Below, piece by piece: positions 1 through 10,187 of a stretch of DNA of 32,000 nucleotides. Each line of letters starts with the position of its first letter. Position 1 is the first letter of the stretch. The notes below the pieces were generated by a model that saw only the letters and a program-made list of their open reading frames with translations, did not search any database and was not told the origin of the DNA. A program made the translations under genes and the position numbers. The stretch is taken from assembly GCF_051307035.1 (NCBI RefSeq), contig NZ_CP195536.1:150001-182000 (forward strand), given 5' to 3'. Source of the stretch: Psychrobacter sp. DM4 (GTDB taxonomy: Bacteria > Pseudomonadota > Gammaproteobacteria > Pseudomonadales > Moraxellaceae).

Positions 1-224
1 ATCCTGACAAGTTCTTAGGTCCATCAGCTCTATTGCATGCTTATCGTTTTGTAGCAGACAGTCGTGATAGTGATGCGCAAGCACGCCTAGCACGTCTTGA
101 TGATCCGTTCAGCTTATTCCGTTGTCGCGGTATCATGAACTGTGTGTCTGTATGTCCAAAGGGTTTAAATCCAACTCGAGCGATTGGCCATCTACGTAAT
201 ATGCTAATAGACCAAGCAGGCTAA
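1..224 (+). CDS. sdhB: Succinate dehydrogenase iron-sulfur subunit, C-terminal fragment (5' end upstream of window)
   Basis: Frame 3 is open from the window edge (PDKFLGPSALLHAYRF...) to TAA at 222-224. The tail FRCRGIMNCVSVCPKGLNPTRAIGHLRNML carries the C-x-x-x-x-x-C-x-x-x-CP cluster motif typical of SdhB/FrdB. It lies directly upstream of sucAB. Confidence 0.9.
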   Translation, partial: PDKFLGPSALLHAYRFVADSRDSDAQARLARLDDPFSLFRCRGIMNCVSVCPKGLNPTRAIGHLRNMLIDQAG

Positions 225-253
225 AACATCAAGTTTGTTAGTCTTTTGAAATT

Positions 254-290
254 AAAAACACCGCCGAGTGACTTGGCGGTGTTTTTTTTG
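254..290 (+). terminator. Rho-independent terminator after sdhB
   Basis: The GC-rich stem ACACCGCC (258-265) pairs with GGCGGTGT (275-282). A run of seven T follows at 283-289, about 30 nt after the sdhB stop. Confidence 0.85.
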
Positions 291-333
291 GTAAGATTGC
301 AGCTATGTTATATACAAAGCAGAGCATTATAAT

Positions 334-363
334 TTCATAGTATAGAAATACATTGGGTATAAT
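334..363 (+). promoter_or_regulatory. Candidate sigma70 promoter in the sdhB-sucA spacer
   Basis: TTCATA (334-339), an 18-nt spacer, then TATAAT (358-363). The region is very AT-rich, so chance matches are likely. Confidence 0.25.
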
Positions 364-757
364 AGAATGATACTAGATATTTAGTACATAAATACTTAGT
401 ATTGAACAAACAAACTATGTCGGCCACTAACCCCATGTTAGGGTAGGTAGCACTATATAGTTAATACGTAAAAATGATGACACAAGCTAAAAAATAGGTG
501 TCAAACAACAGGTAAATCATACACTAAATTGATGGTCTACTGGACTCACTAACATAGCTTTGCTTATGACTAACGGCAGTATATATAAAATAAGGTTGTG
601 CGACGAGAGCATTAAGAAAACTGAGCATTCACAAATAAAGAGTAAAATAGCACAAGTTTGTAAATTACGATTGATATTGTGTTTTTATACTCTAGATACA
701 GATTTATCACGCAAACCCTTACCTTTCATTCATTTATCTATCAAATAGACGGTTATT

Positions 758-3643
758 ATGAATAGTACAATCAAAGAAGCAGCGGACGCAGCTCATACCG
801 AGCTTGCCGCTGATAATGCTAATTATATTGAAGCTCTTTATGAGCAGTTTTTGGACAATCCGGATAGCGTAGATAGCGATTGGCAGGAATACTTCAAACA
901 GTATCAGTCGCCAAACGACGCCATGCACAATGCTATTCAAGATCAGTTCTTATTGCTGGCTCGCAACCAGACGGCCAATAAAGGTCGTGCATCATCAACG
1001 AGCATCACGACTAGTAATGTGGCGGATCGTGCTGATCCCAAGCAAATGGGCGTACAGCAACTGATATCGGCGTATCGTCGCCGTGGCCATCGCCGTGCCA
1101 ACTTAGATCCTTTAGGCTTGCATCCGCGTCCAGAAGTAGAAGACTTGACGCTTGCGTACCATAACTTATCAGAGGCAGACCTTGACACTGTCTATCCTAC
1201 TAGCGATCTAAATATCGATAAGAGTGAAGCGCCGCTACGTGAAATCATCGAGATCATGGAGCGTGTGTATTGTAGTTATATCGGTGTTGAGTACATGCAT
1301 GTGACTAGCAGTACCGAAAAACGCTGGATGGAAAAATATCTTGAGAGCAATCTAGGCTATATTGAGTTTGATAAAGAAAAGCGTTTAGCTATTTTAGAAC
1401 GCCTAACAGCTGCCGAAGGCTTAGAGAAATATTTGGCTCGCAAATATACGGGTGTTAAGCGTTTTGGTTTAGAGGGCGGTGAAAGCTTTATTCCTGCGAT
1501 AGACGAGATCATTCAGCGTGCTGGTGGCTACGGCACCAAAGAGATGGTTATCGGTATGGCGCACCGTGGACGCCTTAACCTATTGATCAACATCTTAGGC
1601 AAAAATCCTGCTGACCTGTTCGATGAGTTCGATGGCAAAGTACAGCCAGAAAAAGGCTCAGGCGACGTTAAGTACCATAATGGTTACTCGTCCAATGTAA
1701 TGACGCCTGGTGGTGAAGCGCATTTAGCACTAGCTTTCAATCCCTCGCATTTAGAAATCGTCGCGCCAGTACTACAAGGGTCAGTGCGAGCGCGTCAAGT
1801 TCGCCGTAATGATCAGCCAGGCTACGAGAACAAAAATGGCAATTCAGTACTGCCAATCGTTGTGCATGGTGACGCCGCTTTTGCTGGACAAGGCGTGGTA
1901 CAAGAAACCTTTCAGATGTCGCAAACGCGTGCTTACACCACAGGTGGTACAGTACACATTGTCATCAATAATCAAGTGGGCTTTACGACCAGTCGTCAAG
2001 AAGATCTGCGCTCGACAGAATACTGTACCGACGTAGCCAAGATGGTACATGCGCCTATTCTACATGTGAACGGTGATGATCCCGAGTCGGTGATATTTGT
2101 CTCTCAATTGGCGTTAGACTACCGCCATGAATTTGATAAAGATATTATCATTGATCTATTTTGCTATCGCCGTAATGGTCACAATGAAGCTGATGAGCCT
2201 TCAGCCACGCAGCCACTTATGTACGCAGTTATCAAAAAACTACCGACTACTCGCACCATATATATCAACAAGCTAATCGAAGCGGGCGTTATCAACAGCG
2301 AAGTCGCGAGTAAATACGAGGACGAATATCGTGAGTCGCTAGATCGCGGCGAGTACGTTGCCAACTCGCTAGTCAGTGAACCTAATGAAAAGCTATTTGT
2401 AGACTGGGCGCCTTATCTGGGTCATGACCTAGTCGACGATTGGGATACGAGTGTTGATATAGAGAAGCTCAAGGGCTACGGTCGTAGTATGGCTCAAATG
2501 CCAGAAGGCTATAAGTTACAGCGTCAAGTACAAAAAATGATGGAACAGCGCTTGGCCATGCAAACAGGGGATGAGCCTCTAAATTGGGGCGCGGCTGAGA
2601 CTTTGGCTTATGCCTCATTAGTTGATAATGATGACGTATTGGTTCGTATTACTGGCGAAGATGTTGGACGTGGTACGTTCTCGCATCGCCATAGCGAAAT
2701 CTTTAATGTCAATGATGGCAGTATGTATGTGCCACTTGCTCATATCAGTGAGACGCAAGCACGATTTGCTACTTATAACTCGCTGTTATCAGAAGAAGCG
2801 GTATTGGCCTTTGAATACGGCTATGCGACTACCGTACCTAACGCTCTTATCGTTTGGGAAGCGCAGTTTGGTGACTTCGTCAACGGCGCGCAAGTTGTTA
2901 TTGATCAGTTTATATCTAGCGGTGAGACCAAATGGCAGCGCGTTTGCGGTCTGACCATGCTATTGCCACATGGCTATGAAGGTCAAGGTCCTGAGCATTC
3001 CTCAGCACGTCCTGAGCGCTTCTTGCAGCTGTGCGCTGAAGACAATATGCAAGTCATTACACCAACGACGCCTGCGCAGATATTCCACGCTCTTCGTCGT
3101 CAAGCCGTTCGTCCTATTCGTAAGCCTTTGATTGTGATGTCACCCAAGAGCTTACTGCGTCATAAGCTTGCTACTTCGCAACTAGAAGAGCTTGCCAACG
3201 GCAAATTTGAGACTGTATTGCCAGAGACAGACGAGCAAAATGCAGACGACATTACACGCCTAGTACTGTGCGGCGGCAAGGTATACTATGACTTGTTAGA
3301 GCAGCGCCGTGAGCTTGGTCTTACGCATGTGGCTATCGTCCGTATCGAGCAGCTGTACCCTCTACCAGAAGAGCGTCTGATTAGCGAAATTGAAAAATAT
3401 AGCAATCTAAAAGAGATTGTCTGGACGCAAGAGGAGCCGCTTAACCAAGGTGCTTGGTACTATCTAGCACCGCATATGTTCCGTATCGTCGTACCCCATC
3501 CAACCAAGGCAAAAGTGATGGAGCCCATCGCACGTCCACCAAGTGCAGCACCTGCGACAGGCTCTCCTAAGTTGCATGCTCAGCAGCAACAAAACCTAGT
3601 TGCAGGCGGTCTTGGTGTCAGCATTGATAAGTTGTCTAAATAA
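758..3643 (+). CDS. sucA: 2-oxoglutarate dehydrogenase E1 component
   Basis: 961-aa ORF. The N-terminus NYIEALYEQFLDNPDSVDSDWQEYF parallels E. coli SucA. It also has the ThDP-enzyme blocks GMAHRGRLNLL and HGDAAFAGQGVV and the C-terminal WTQEEPLNQGAW. It is followed by sucB. Confidence 0.97.
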   Translation: MNSTIKEAADAAHTELAADNANYIEALYEQFLDNPDSVDSDWQEYFKQYQSPNDAMHNAIQDQFLLLARNQTANKGRASSTSITTSNVADRADPKQMGVQQLISAYRRRGHRRANLDPLGLHPRPEVEDLTLAYHNLSEADLDTVYPTSDLNIDKSEAPLREIIEIMERVYCSYIGVEYMHVTSSTEKRWMEKYLESNLGYIEFDKEKRLAILERLTAAEGLEKYLARKYTGVKRFGLEGGESFIPAIDEIIQRAGGYGTKEMVIGMAHRGRLNLLINILGKNPADLFDEFDGKVQPEKGSGDVKYHNGYSSNVMTPGGEAHLALAFNPSHLEIVAPVLQGSVRARQVRRNDQPGYENKNGNSVLPIVVHGDAAFAGQGVVQETFQMSQTRAYTTGGTVHIVINNQVGFTTSRQEDLRSTEYCTDVAKMVHAPILHVNGDDPESVIFVSQLALDYRHEFDKDIIIDLFCYRRNGHNEADEPSATQPLMYAVIKKLPTTRTIYINKLIEAGVINSEVASKYEDEYRESLDRGEYVANSLVSEPNEKLFVDWAPYLGHDLVDDWDTSVDIEKLKGYGRSMAQMPEGYKLQRQVQKMMEQRLAMQTGDEPLNWGAAETLAYASLVDNDDVLVRITGEDVGRGTFSHRHSEIFNVNDGSMYVPLAHISETQARFATYNSLLSEEAVLAFEYGYATTVPNALIVWEAQFGDFVNGAQVVIDQFISSGETKWQRVCGLTMLLPHGYEGQGPEHSSARPERFLQLCAEDNMQVITPTTPAQIFHALRRQAVRPIRKPLIVMSPKSLLRHKLATSQLEELANGKFETVLPETDEQNADDITRLVLCGGKVYYDLLEQRRELGLTHVAIVRIEQLYPLPEERLISEIEKYSNLKEIVWTQEEPLNQGAWYYLAPHMFRIVVPHPTKAKVMEPIARPPSAAPATGSPKLHAQQQQNLVAGGLGVSIDKLSK

Positions 3644-3754
3644 TATTTATATTAAGTCCTAAATTAATCAAGCGATGATAGTCAGTATTCTAATCTTATA
3701 AGCTGACTATCACGACTCAATAATTAGCAGTATTCAAATCTAAGGAGTTTATCG

Positions 3755-5041
3755 ATGGCTGAGATCAAAGCCCCCGTTTTTCCAGAATCAGTTGCCGATG
3801 GCACGATCGTTGAATGGCATGTCACAGAAGGTCAGCAAGTAAGTCGCGATGACTTATTGGCCGAAATTGAAACTGACAAAGTTGTATTAGAAGTTGTTGC
3901 ACCTGACGATGGTGTAGTCACTAAAATTGTCAAACAAGTAGATGATACCGTTGAATCAGCAGATCTGATTGCTGAATTTGAAGCTGGCGCGAGTGCTGAC
4001 GCAGGCGGTCAAGATACTGATGCTCAAGACGACAGCAACAGCTCAGATGAGCAAGGTGTACCAGCGGTCAACCCAGAACAGCCCGCTGCTCCTGTACAGG
4101 CAAAGCAAGCCGCTGATGGCGGTGAGCCGGTACAAGTGACAGATAAAAAAGAGTTCGACCACAAAGATCAAAGCCCAGCAGTACGCAAGGCTGCAAAAGA
4201 GTCTGGCGTTGATCCTAAAAATGTCGAGGGTAGTGGCCGTGATGGTCGTGTTACCAAATCAGATATGGCAAGTCCAAAACTCAAATCAGACAACTCAATC
4301 AAATCTGATAGCGGTAGTCCTGTCGCTGAGTCAGCAGGCGAGCGTACGGAAAAACGAGTTCCTATGACGCGTTTGCGTAAGCGTGTAGCTGAGCGTCTAT
4401 TGTCAGCGACGCAAGAAACGGCGATGCTCACGACGTTTAACGAAGTCAATATGAAGCCATTAATGGACATGCGTACTAAGTACAAAGATCAGTTTGAGAA
4501 GCGTCATGGCGTGCGTTTAGGCTTTATGTCGCTGTTCGTTAAAGCTGCAACTGAAGCGCTTAAACGTTTCCCAGCAGTCAATGCGTCACTAGATGGCGAT
4601 GATATTGTGTATCATGGTTACTATGATATCGGTGTTGCGGTATCCTCAGATCGCGGCTTGGTCGTACCTGTGCTTCGTGATACTGATCAGATGAGTATGG
4701 CGGATGTAGAGAGCAAAATTCGCGAGCTTGGCGGCAAAGCACAACAAGGTAAGTTGGGGTTAGAGGAGATGATCGGCGGTACTTTTACTATCTCAAATGG
4801 CGGCGTCTTTGGTTCATTGATGTCGACACCTATCCTGAACCCACCGCAAACTGCTATTTTGGGTATGCATGCTATTAACGATCGCCCTATGGCAGTCGAT
4901 GGTAAAGTTGAGATACTACCAATGATGTATCTAGCTTTATCTTATGATCACCGTATGATTGATGGTAAAGAAGCGGTACAGTTTTTAGTTACGCTTAAGG
5001 ACTTGGTAGAAGACCCAACCATGTTGCTATTAGACTTGTAA
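3755..5041 (+). CDS. sucB: Dihydrolipoyllysine-residue succinyltransferase (E2o)
   Basis: Strong SD AAGGAG lies 7 nt upstream. The protein has a single lipoyl domain ([11 protein letters not shown]), an Ala/Pro/Asp-rich linker and an E3-binding domain ([14 protein letters not shown]). The catalytic domain ends with the DHRMIDG motif. Confidence 0.97.
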   Translation: MAEIKAPVFPESVADGTIVEWHVTEGQQVSRDDLLAEIETDKVVLEVVAPDDGVVTKIVKQVDDTVESADLIAEFEAGASADAGGQDTDAQDDSNSSDEQGVPAVNPEQPAAPVQAKQAADGGEPVQVTDKKEFDHKDQSPAVRKAAKESGVDPKNVEGSGRDGRVTKSDMASPKLKSDNSIKSDSGSPVAESAGERTEKRVPMTRLRKRVAERLLSATQETAMLTTFNEVNMKPLMDMRTKYKDQFEKRHGVRLGFMSLFVKAATEALKRFPAVNASLDGDDIVYHGYYDIGVAVSSDRGLVVPVLRDTDQMSMADVESKIRELGGKAQQGKLGLEEMIGGTFTISNGGVFGSLMSTPILNPPQTAILGMHAINDRPMAVDGKVEILPMMYLALSYDHRMIDGKEAVQFLVTLKDLVEDPTMLLLDL

Positions 5042-5046
5042 GTCTC

Positions 5047-5084
5047 AAAGCTTGTATTAGCAAATGCTAGTACAAGCTTTTTAC
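5047..5084 (+). terminator. Hairpin / probable partial terminator after sucB
   Basis: AAAGCTTGTATTAGCA (5047-5062) pairs with TGCTAGTACAAGCTTT (5065-5080), a 16-nt arm with one G-U. It runs into TTTTT (5078-5082). The stem is AT-rich, so termination may be partial. Confidence 0.55.
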
Positions 5085-5240
5085 CTTTGTCATGAATAGC
5101 TCAGCAAGTTGTCATACCTACCGTCTTATATTATTGCGGACAACTTCAGTTGTTCTAGCGATATCCATTTTAGTATCACTCTATGAGAAATAAACAAGGC
5201 TAGCTATTCACTCATTGTATGTACAATATTTAGTCTATGT

Positions 5241-5270
5241 TTGATAGATAGCTTATTTTATAACTATAAT
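5241..5270 (+). promoter_or_regulatory. Candidate sigma70 promoter for lpdA-sucCD
   Basis: TTGATA (5241-5246), an 18-nt spacer, then consensus TATAAT (5265-5270). This sits 25 nt upstream of the lpdA ATG, with SD AAGGAA at 5282-5287. Confidence 0.35.
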
Positions 5271-5294
5271 TAAAAAATATTAAGGAAACTTATT

Positions 5295-6746
5295 ATGAAA
5301 GATAATTATGATCTAGTCGTCATTGGTGGCGGTCCTGGCGGTTATGAAGCAGCCATTCGCGCAGGCCAATTGGGTATGAGCGTCGCTTGTATCGAAAAAC
5401 GTGTTTATAAAGGCGAGCCTGCGCTTGGCGGTACTTGCTTGAACGTTGGCTGTATTCCTTCAAAGGCGCTGCTAGATACCTCGCACCGTTACGAGGCAAC
5501 TAAGCACGATCTTGATGAACACGGTATCAGTACTGGTGATGTCGGCATCAATGTAGAAAAGATGATCGAACGTAAAGAAGGCATCGTTAAGCAGCTGACA
5601 GGCGGCGTTGCAGCACTATTAAAAGGCAATGGCGCTGACTGGCTACAGGGCTGGGGCACGCTATTAGATGGTACAGGTAGCGACAAAAAAATAAAATTTG
5701 TCTCTCTTGATGATGACAGCGAAACTACGATTACTGCCAAAAACGTCATTCTTGCTTCAGGCTCTGTCCCTATTGATATTCCAGTAGCAAAAGTTGACCA
5801 TGAGCATATCGTTGATTCTACGGGCGCGCTTGATTTTACCGAAACTCCTAAGCGTTTAGGTGTCATTGGTGCTGGTGTTATCGGTCTTGAGCTTGGCTCA
5901 GTATGGCGTCGCTTGGGTAGTGAAGTCGTAGTTTACGAAGCTTTGCCTGAGTTCTTGGCAGCGGCTGACAAAGACATCGCCAAAGAAGCGCGCAAAATGT
6001 TCAAAAAACAAGGCCTTGATATCCGTGTCGATACCAAAGTCACCAATGCTGAAGTAAAAGACGGCCAAGTAGTCGTCACGAGTGAAAACAAAGGCGAAGC
6101 GTCTGACGAGAGTTTTGATAAGCTCATTGTATGTGTTGGTCGCCGCGCTTATGCCGAAAAACTCCTAGGCGATGATAGCGGCGTGAAGCTTACTGAACGC
6201 GGTCTTATTGATGTTGATGATCAATGTAAAACCAACCTCGATGGCGTATATGCTATTGGCGACTTGGTACGTGGTCCTATGCTTGCCCATAAAGCGATGG
6301 AAGAGGGCATGATGGCCGTTGAGCGCATTCACGGTGAAAAAGCTCAGATCAACTATGACACGATCATTAATGTCATTTATACCCATCCAGAGATTGCATG
6401 GGTCGGTCTTACTGAACAAGAAGCGGCTGACGCTGGGTATGAAGTCAAAACAGGTTCCTTTAACTTAGCGGCCAACGGTCGTGCCTTAGCGCAAAGTGAG
6501 GCTCAAGGTTCCATCAAGGTTGTAGCCGATGCCAAAACGGATCGTCTGCTCGGTATGCATGCTATCTCTGCTGGTGCTGGAGATATTGTTCATCAAGGCA
6601 TGATTGCGATGGAGTTCGTTTCTAGTATTGAAGACTTACAGCTAATGACATTTGCGCATCCAACGATATCTGAGGCAGTCCACGAAGCCGCCCTATCAGC
6701 TGATGGCCGTGCCATTCATGCTATCCAGCGTAAAAAGCGTAAGTAG
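5295..6746 (+). CDS. lpdA: Dihydrolipoyl dehydrogenase (E3)
   Basis: 483-aa ORF with the FAD fingerprint VIGGGPGGY and the redox disulfide [13 protein letters not shown]. It also has the NAD fingerprint [11 protein letters not shown] and the C-terminal HAHPTISEA interface motif. Confidence 0.96.
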   Translation: MKDNYDLVVIGGGPGGYEAAIRAGQLGMSVACIEKRVYKGEPALGGTCLNVGCIPSKALLDTSHRYEATKHDLDEHGISTGDVGINVEKMIERKEGIVKQLTGGVAALLKGNGADWLQGWGTLLDGTGSDKKIKFVSLDDDSETTITAKNVILASGSVPIDIPVAKVDHEHIVDSTGALDFTETPKRLGVIGAGVIGLELGSVWRRLGSEVVVYEALPEFLAAADKDIAKEARKMFKKQGLDIRVDTKVTNAEVKDGQVVVTSENKGEASDESFDKLIVCVGRRAYAEKLLGDDSGVKLTERGLIDVDDQCKTNLDGVYAIGDLVRGPMLAHKAMEEGMMAVERIHGEKAQINYDTIINVIYTHPEIAWVGLTEQEAADAGYEVKTGSFNLAANGRALAQSEAQGSIKVVADAKTDRLLGMHAISAGAGDIVHQGMIAMEFVSSIEDLQLMTFAHPTISEAVHEAALSADGRAIHAIQRKKRK

Positions 6747-6881
6747 TTAACGATTTAATTAAGCCAGAAAGTAGCTTTCACTTCTATGAAGGCTACTATG
6801 ATGGTTATTAGTGCGTCAGACAGATGTTTTTGCGCACTTATTTCCACTGTTGTTCGTCAAAAAAAATAAAGGACATGATCA

Positions 6882-8060
6882 ATGAATTTACATGAGTATC
6901 AGGCAAAAGAGCTATTAAAGAGCTATGGCTTACCTATTCAAGAAGGCATTATCGCCTATAGTGGTGATGAAGCCGCTGCAGCCTTCGATAAAACGCCAAC
7001 GGATATCGCCGTTATCAAAGCACAAGTTCATGCAGGTGGTCGCGGTAAAGCAGGCGGTGTCAAATTAGTCAAATCGCGTGAAGAAGCTAAAAAGGTGGCT
7101 GATGAGCTTATCGGTACTAATTTAGTTACTTTTCAAACCGATAGCGACGGTCAACCGGTCAATTTTGTATTGGTTGCAGAAGATATGTACCCAGTACAGA
7201 CTGAGCTCTATCTTGGCGCTGTCGTCGATCGCTCAACACGCCGTGTCACCTTCATGGCATCAACCGAAGGCGGCGTTGATATCGAAGAAGTTGCGAGTCA
7301 AACCCCAGAAAAAATCTTCAAAGTAAGCGTTGATCCACTAGTCGGTCTAATGCCATACCAAGCACGCGAAGTAGCATTCAAATTAGGCCTTGAAGGCAAG
7401 CAAGTCAATCAGTTCGCCAAGCTGATGCAAGGCGCTTATCAAGCCTTTATTGATAATGATTTTGCGTTACTTGAAGTTAACCCATTAGCGGTACGTGAAA
7501 ACGGCGAAATCGTCTGTGTCGATGGCAAAATAGGTATCGATTCAAATGCGCTATATCGTCTGCCAAAAATTGAAGCCCTGCGTGACAAATCACAAGAGAA
7601 TGAGCGCGAGCTCAAGGCTTCAGAGTTTGATTTGAACTATGTCGCATTAGAAGGCAATATCGGTTGTATGGTCAATGGTGCCGGTCTTGCTATGGCGACT
7701 ATGGATATCATCAAATTGTATGGCGGCAAGCCTGCTAACTTCTTGGACGTGGGCGGCGGCGCTACCAAAGATCGCGTTGTTGAAGCGTTTAAGATTATCT
7801 TAGAAGACAGCAGTGTTGAAGGCGTCTTGATTAACATCTTTGGCGGTATTGTACGCTGTGACATGATTGCAGAAGCGATCATAGCGGCAGTTAGAGAAGT
7901 GGACGTAAAAGTGCCAGTGGTTGTGCGCTTAGAAGGTAACAATGCTGAAAAAGGCCTACAGATATTAGAAGAATCTGGTCTGAAGCTTACCTCAGCTCAG
8001 GGACTTGCTGATGCAGCGCAAAAGATTGTCTCTGCGGTTACCACTGGTATCGTCAACTAA
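6882..8060 (+). CDS. sucC: Succinyl-CoA synthetase beta subunit
   Basis: The start [18 protein letters not shown] is classic for SucC. It has the ATP-grasp block [16 protein letters not shown] and [15 protein letters not shown]. Confidence 0.97.
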   Translation: MNLHEYQAKELLKSYGLPIQEGIIAYSGDEAAAAFDKTPTDIAVIKAQVHAGGRGKAGGVKLVKSREEAKKVADELIGTNLVTFQTDSDGQPVNFVLVAEDMYPVQTELYLGAVVDRSTRRVTFMASTEGGVDIEEVASQTPEKIFKVSVDPLVGLMPYQAREVAFKLGLEGKQVNQFAKLMQGAYQAFIDNDFALLEVNPLAVRENGEIVCVDGKIGIDSNALYRLPKIEALRDKSQENERELKASEFDLNYVALEGNIGCMVNGAGLAMATMDIIKLYGGKPANFLDVGGGATKDRVVEAFKIILEDSSVEGVLINIFGGIVRCDMIAEAIIAAVREVDVKVPVVVRLEGNNAEKGLQILEESGLKLTSAQGLADAAQKIVSAVTTGIVN

Positions 8061-8086
8061 AATAGTGATAAAAAGTAGGAAAAATA

Positions 8087-8962
8087 ATGAGTGTATTAAT
8101 TGATAAAAATACCAAGGTATTGGTACAAGGTTTCACGGGTAAAAACGGTACGTTTCATTCTGAACAAGCGATTGAATACGGCACCAAAGTGGTCGGCGGC
8201 GTAACGCCAGGTAAGGGCGGTCAAACGCATTTAGGTCTACCTGTGTTTGATACTATGGCTGAGGCGATGGAGGTCACGCAAGCGGACGCCTCTGTAATTT
8301 ATGTGCCAGCACCCTTTGTACTAGATTCAATCGTTGAAGCGGTCGATGCGGGCGTCAAGCTTATCGTCGTCATCACCGAAGGCGTGCCGACTTTGGATAT
8401 GCTAAAAGCCAAGCGTTACCTTGAAGCTGCGGGTGATGTACGTCTAGTCGGTCCTAACTGCCCAGGTGTCATTACTCCAGGTGAGTGCAAAATAGGTATC
8501 ATGCCAGGCCATATTCATCTGCCAGGTAAAGTAGGTATCATCTCACGCTCTGGCACGCTGACTTATGAAGCCGTTGCTCAGACTACAAAACTAGGTTTTG
8601 GTCAGTCGACTTGCATCGGTATTGGCGGCGATCCTATTCCTGGTATGAACCAGATAGACGCGCTAAAGCTGTTTCAAGATGATCCACAAACCGAAGCCAT
8701 TATCTTAATCGGTGAGATTGGCGGCACGGCTGAAGAAGAAGCAGCGGCCTATATCAAAGAAAACGTGACTAAACCTGTTATCGGTTACATCGCTGGCGTG
8801 ACGGCGCCCGCTGGCAAGCGTATGGGTCATGCAGGCGCTATTATCTCAGGTGGTCAAGGAACTGCTGAAGAAAAATTCAAGGCCTTTGAAGATGCGGGTA
8901 TTGCTTACACGCGTGATCCCTCAAAACTGGGTGATAAGCTAAAAGAAGTCACAGGCTGGTAA
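8087..8962 (+). CDS. sucD: Succinyl-CoA synthetase alpha subunit
   Basis: [12 protein letters not shown] is the CoA-binding fold. SRSGTLTYE and the phosphohistidine loop [12 protein letters not shown] are present. The gene starts 26 nt after sucC. Confidence 0.97.
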   Translation: MSVLIDKNTKVLVQGFTGKNGTFHSEQAIEYGTKVVGGVTPGKGGQTHLGLPVFDTMAEAMEVTQADASVIYVPAPFVLDSIVEAVDAGVKLIVVITEGVPTLDMLKAKRYLEAAGDVRLVGPNCPGVITPGECKIGIMPGHIHLPGKVGIISRSGTLTYEAVAQTTKLGFGQSTCIGIGGDPIPGMNQIDALKLFQDDPQTEAIILIGEIGGTAEEEAAAYIKENVTKPVIGYIAGVTAPAGKRMGHAGAIISGGQGTAEEKFKAFEDAGIAYTRDPSKLGDKLKEVTGW

Positions 8963-9020
8963 TGTGCCCAAAGCTACATAAGTTTGGCAGATAACTATTC
9001 GACTATATTGATATACTATC

Positions 9021-9051
9021 AAGACACTTCACAATGAGGTGTCTTTTTTTA
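9021..9051 (+). terminator. Rho-independent terminator after sucD
   Basis: AAGACACTTC (9021-9030) pairs with GAGGTGTCTT (9036-9045), with one G-U. A run of T follows (9044-9050). Confidence 0.8.
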
Positions 9052-9076
9052 TTCTCATACAATTCTGGTTAACACT

Positions 9077-10123
9077 ATGAAGCATAAAATTTTGGTCACA
9101 GGCGGCGCGGGCTACATAGGGTCTCATACTTGTATTGCTCTACATCAAGCAGGATATGAGGTGGTCGTTTTTGACAATCTGTCCAATAGTAGCGCTGAGG
9201 CGGTTAATCGCGTCTCTCAGCTGATTGATGCACCTATCGAATTTATCAAAGGGGACATCCGCGACCGTAAAGCATTACAAAAGGTGTTTTCTGAGCATGA
9301 ATTTTTTGGTGTTATTCATTTTGCAGGACTAAAAGCGGTTGGTGAGTCTGTCGCCAAACCGCTGCTTTATTATGACAATAATGTTAGTGGCACGATTACT
9401 CTTCTTGATGTTATGAGTGAGTTTAGTATGAAAAGGTTCGTGTTCTCTTCGTCAGCAACTGTCTACGGTGATCCTGAAACTCTGCCTATTCCAGAAAATG
9501 CACCGCGCTCTGCGACGAATCCTTATGGTCAAAGCAAGCTGACGGTTGAATGTGTCTTAGAAGATTTAGCGGTAGCGGATAATGATTGGAGTCTTGTGAC
9601 CTTGCGCTATTTTAATCCAGTAGGCGCACATTCTTCAGGCATAATAGGGGAAGATCCAAATGATATTCCTAATAATTTAATGCCTTTTATCTCTCAAGTT
9701 GCGGTTGGTAAGCTTGAAAAGCTCAGTATCTTTGGTAAAGACTACGCCACTATTGATGGCACAGGTGTTCGTGATTTTATTCATGTAACTGATTTGGCAT
9801 TGGGTCACGTTGCAGCTTTAGATTACTTAAAAGAGCAAAGCGGATCAAAAGAGGGTCACTCGGTAGGGTTTTTACCTATTAATCTAGGTACCGGAAAAGG
9901 AACTTCGGTGTTAGAGCTGGTCGACACTTTTGCTAAGGTGACTGAGCAGGATATCCCTTATCAGTTTGCCAAGCGCCGAGCTGGTGATATTGCCAGTTGT
10001 TATGCTAGTGCCGACAAAGCAAAAACGCTACTGGGCTGGGAGGCTAAGCTCTCTATCATTGATATGTGCACCGATACTTGGCGCTGGCAAAGTCGAAACC
10101 CTAATGGCTATAATGCGTCTTAG
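9077..10123 (+). CDS. galE: UDP-glucose 4-epimerase
   Basis: Contains the Rossmann motif VTGGAGYIGSH, the catalytic YGQSK (Y-x-x-x-K) and the extended-SDR block LRYFNPVGAH. Confidence 0.93.
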   Translation: MKHKILVTGGAGYIGSHTCIALHQAGYEVVVFDNLSNSSAEAVNRVSQLIDAPIEFIKGDIRDRKALQKVFSEHEFFGVIHFAGLKAVGESVAKPLLYYDNNVSGTITLLDVMSEFSMKRFVFSSSATVYGDPETLPIPENAPRSATNPYGQSKLTVECVLEDLAVADNDWSLVTLRYFNPVGAHSSGIIGEDPNDIPNNLMPFISQVAVGKLEKLSIFGKDYATIDGTGVRDFIHVTDLALGHVAALDYLKEQSGSKEGHSVGFLPINLGTGKGTSVLELVDTFAKVTEQDIPYQFAKRRAGDIASCYASADKAKTLLGWEAKLSIIDMCTDTWRWQSRNPNGYNAS

Positions 10124-10187
10124 AAGTGGCTTTTCACTCAAGACTTTTTTACTTTATATTTAAACTTTCTTAACGTAGATTTCATTT

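Noticed and set aside
560-748. 62-aa ORF in the sdhB-sucA spacer
   Set aside because: It has no SD, an AT-rich junk-like sequence and no recognisable fold or signal. It ends only 10 nt before sucA. I treat it as non-coding leader.
5489-5866. 125-aa antisense ORF inside lpdA, and similar ORFs at 16344-16730, 4168-4485, 7637-7942 and 24737-25057
   Set aside because: All are shadow ORFs fully nested in well-supported genes. They have biased, low-complexity composition and no ribosome-binding sites.
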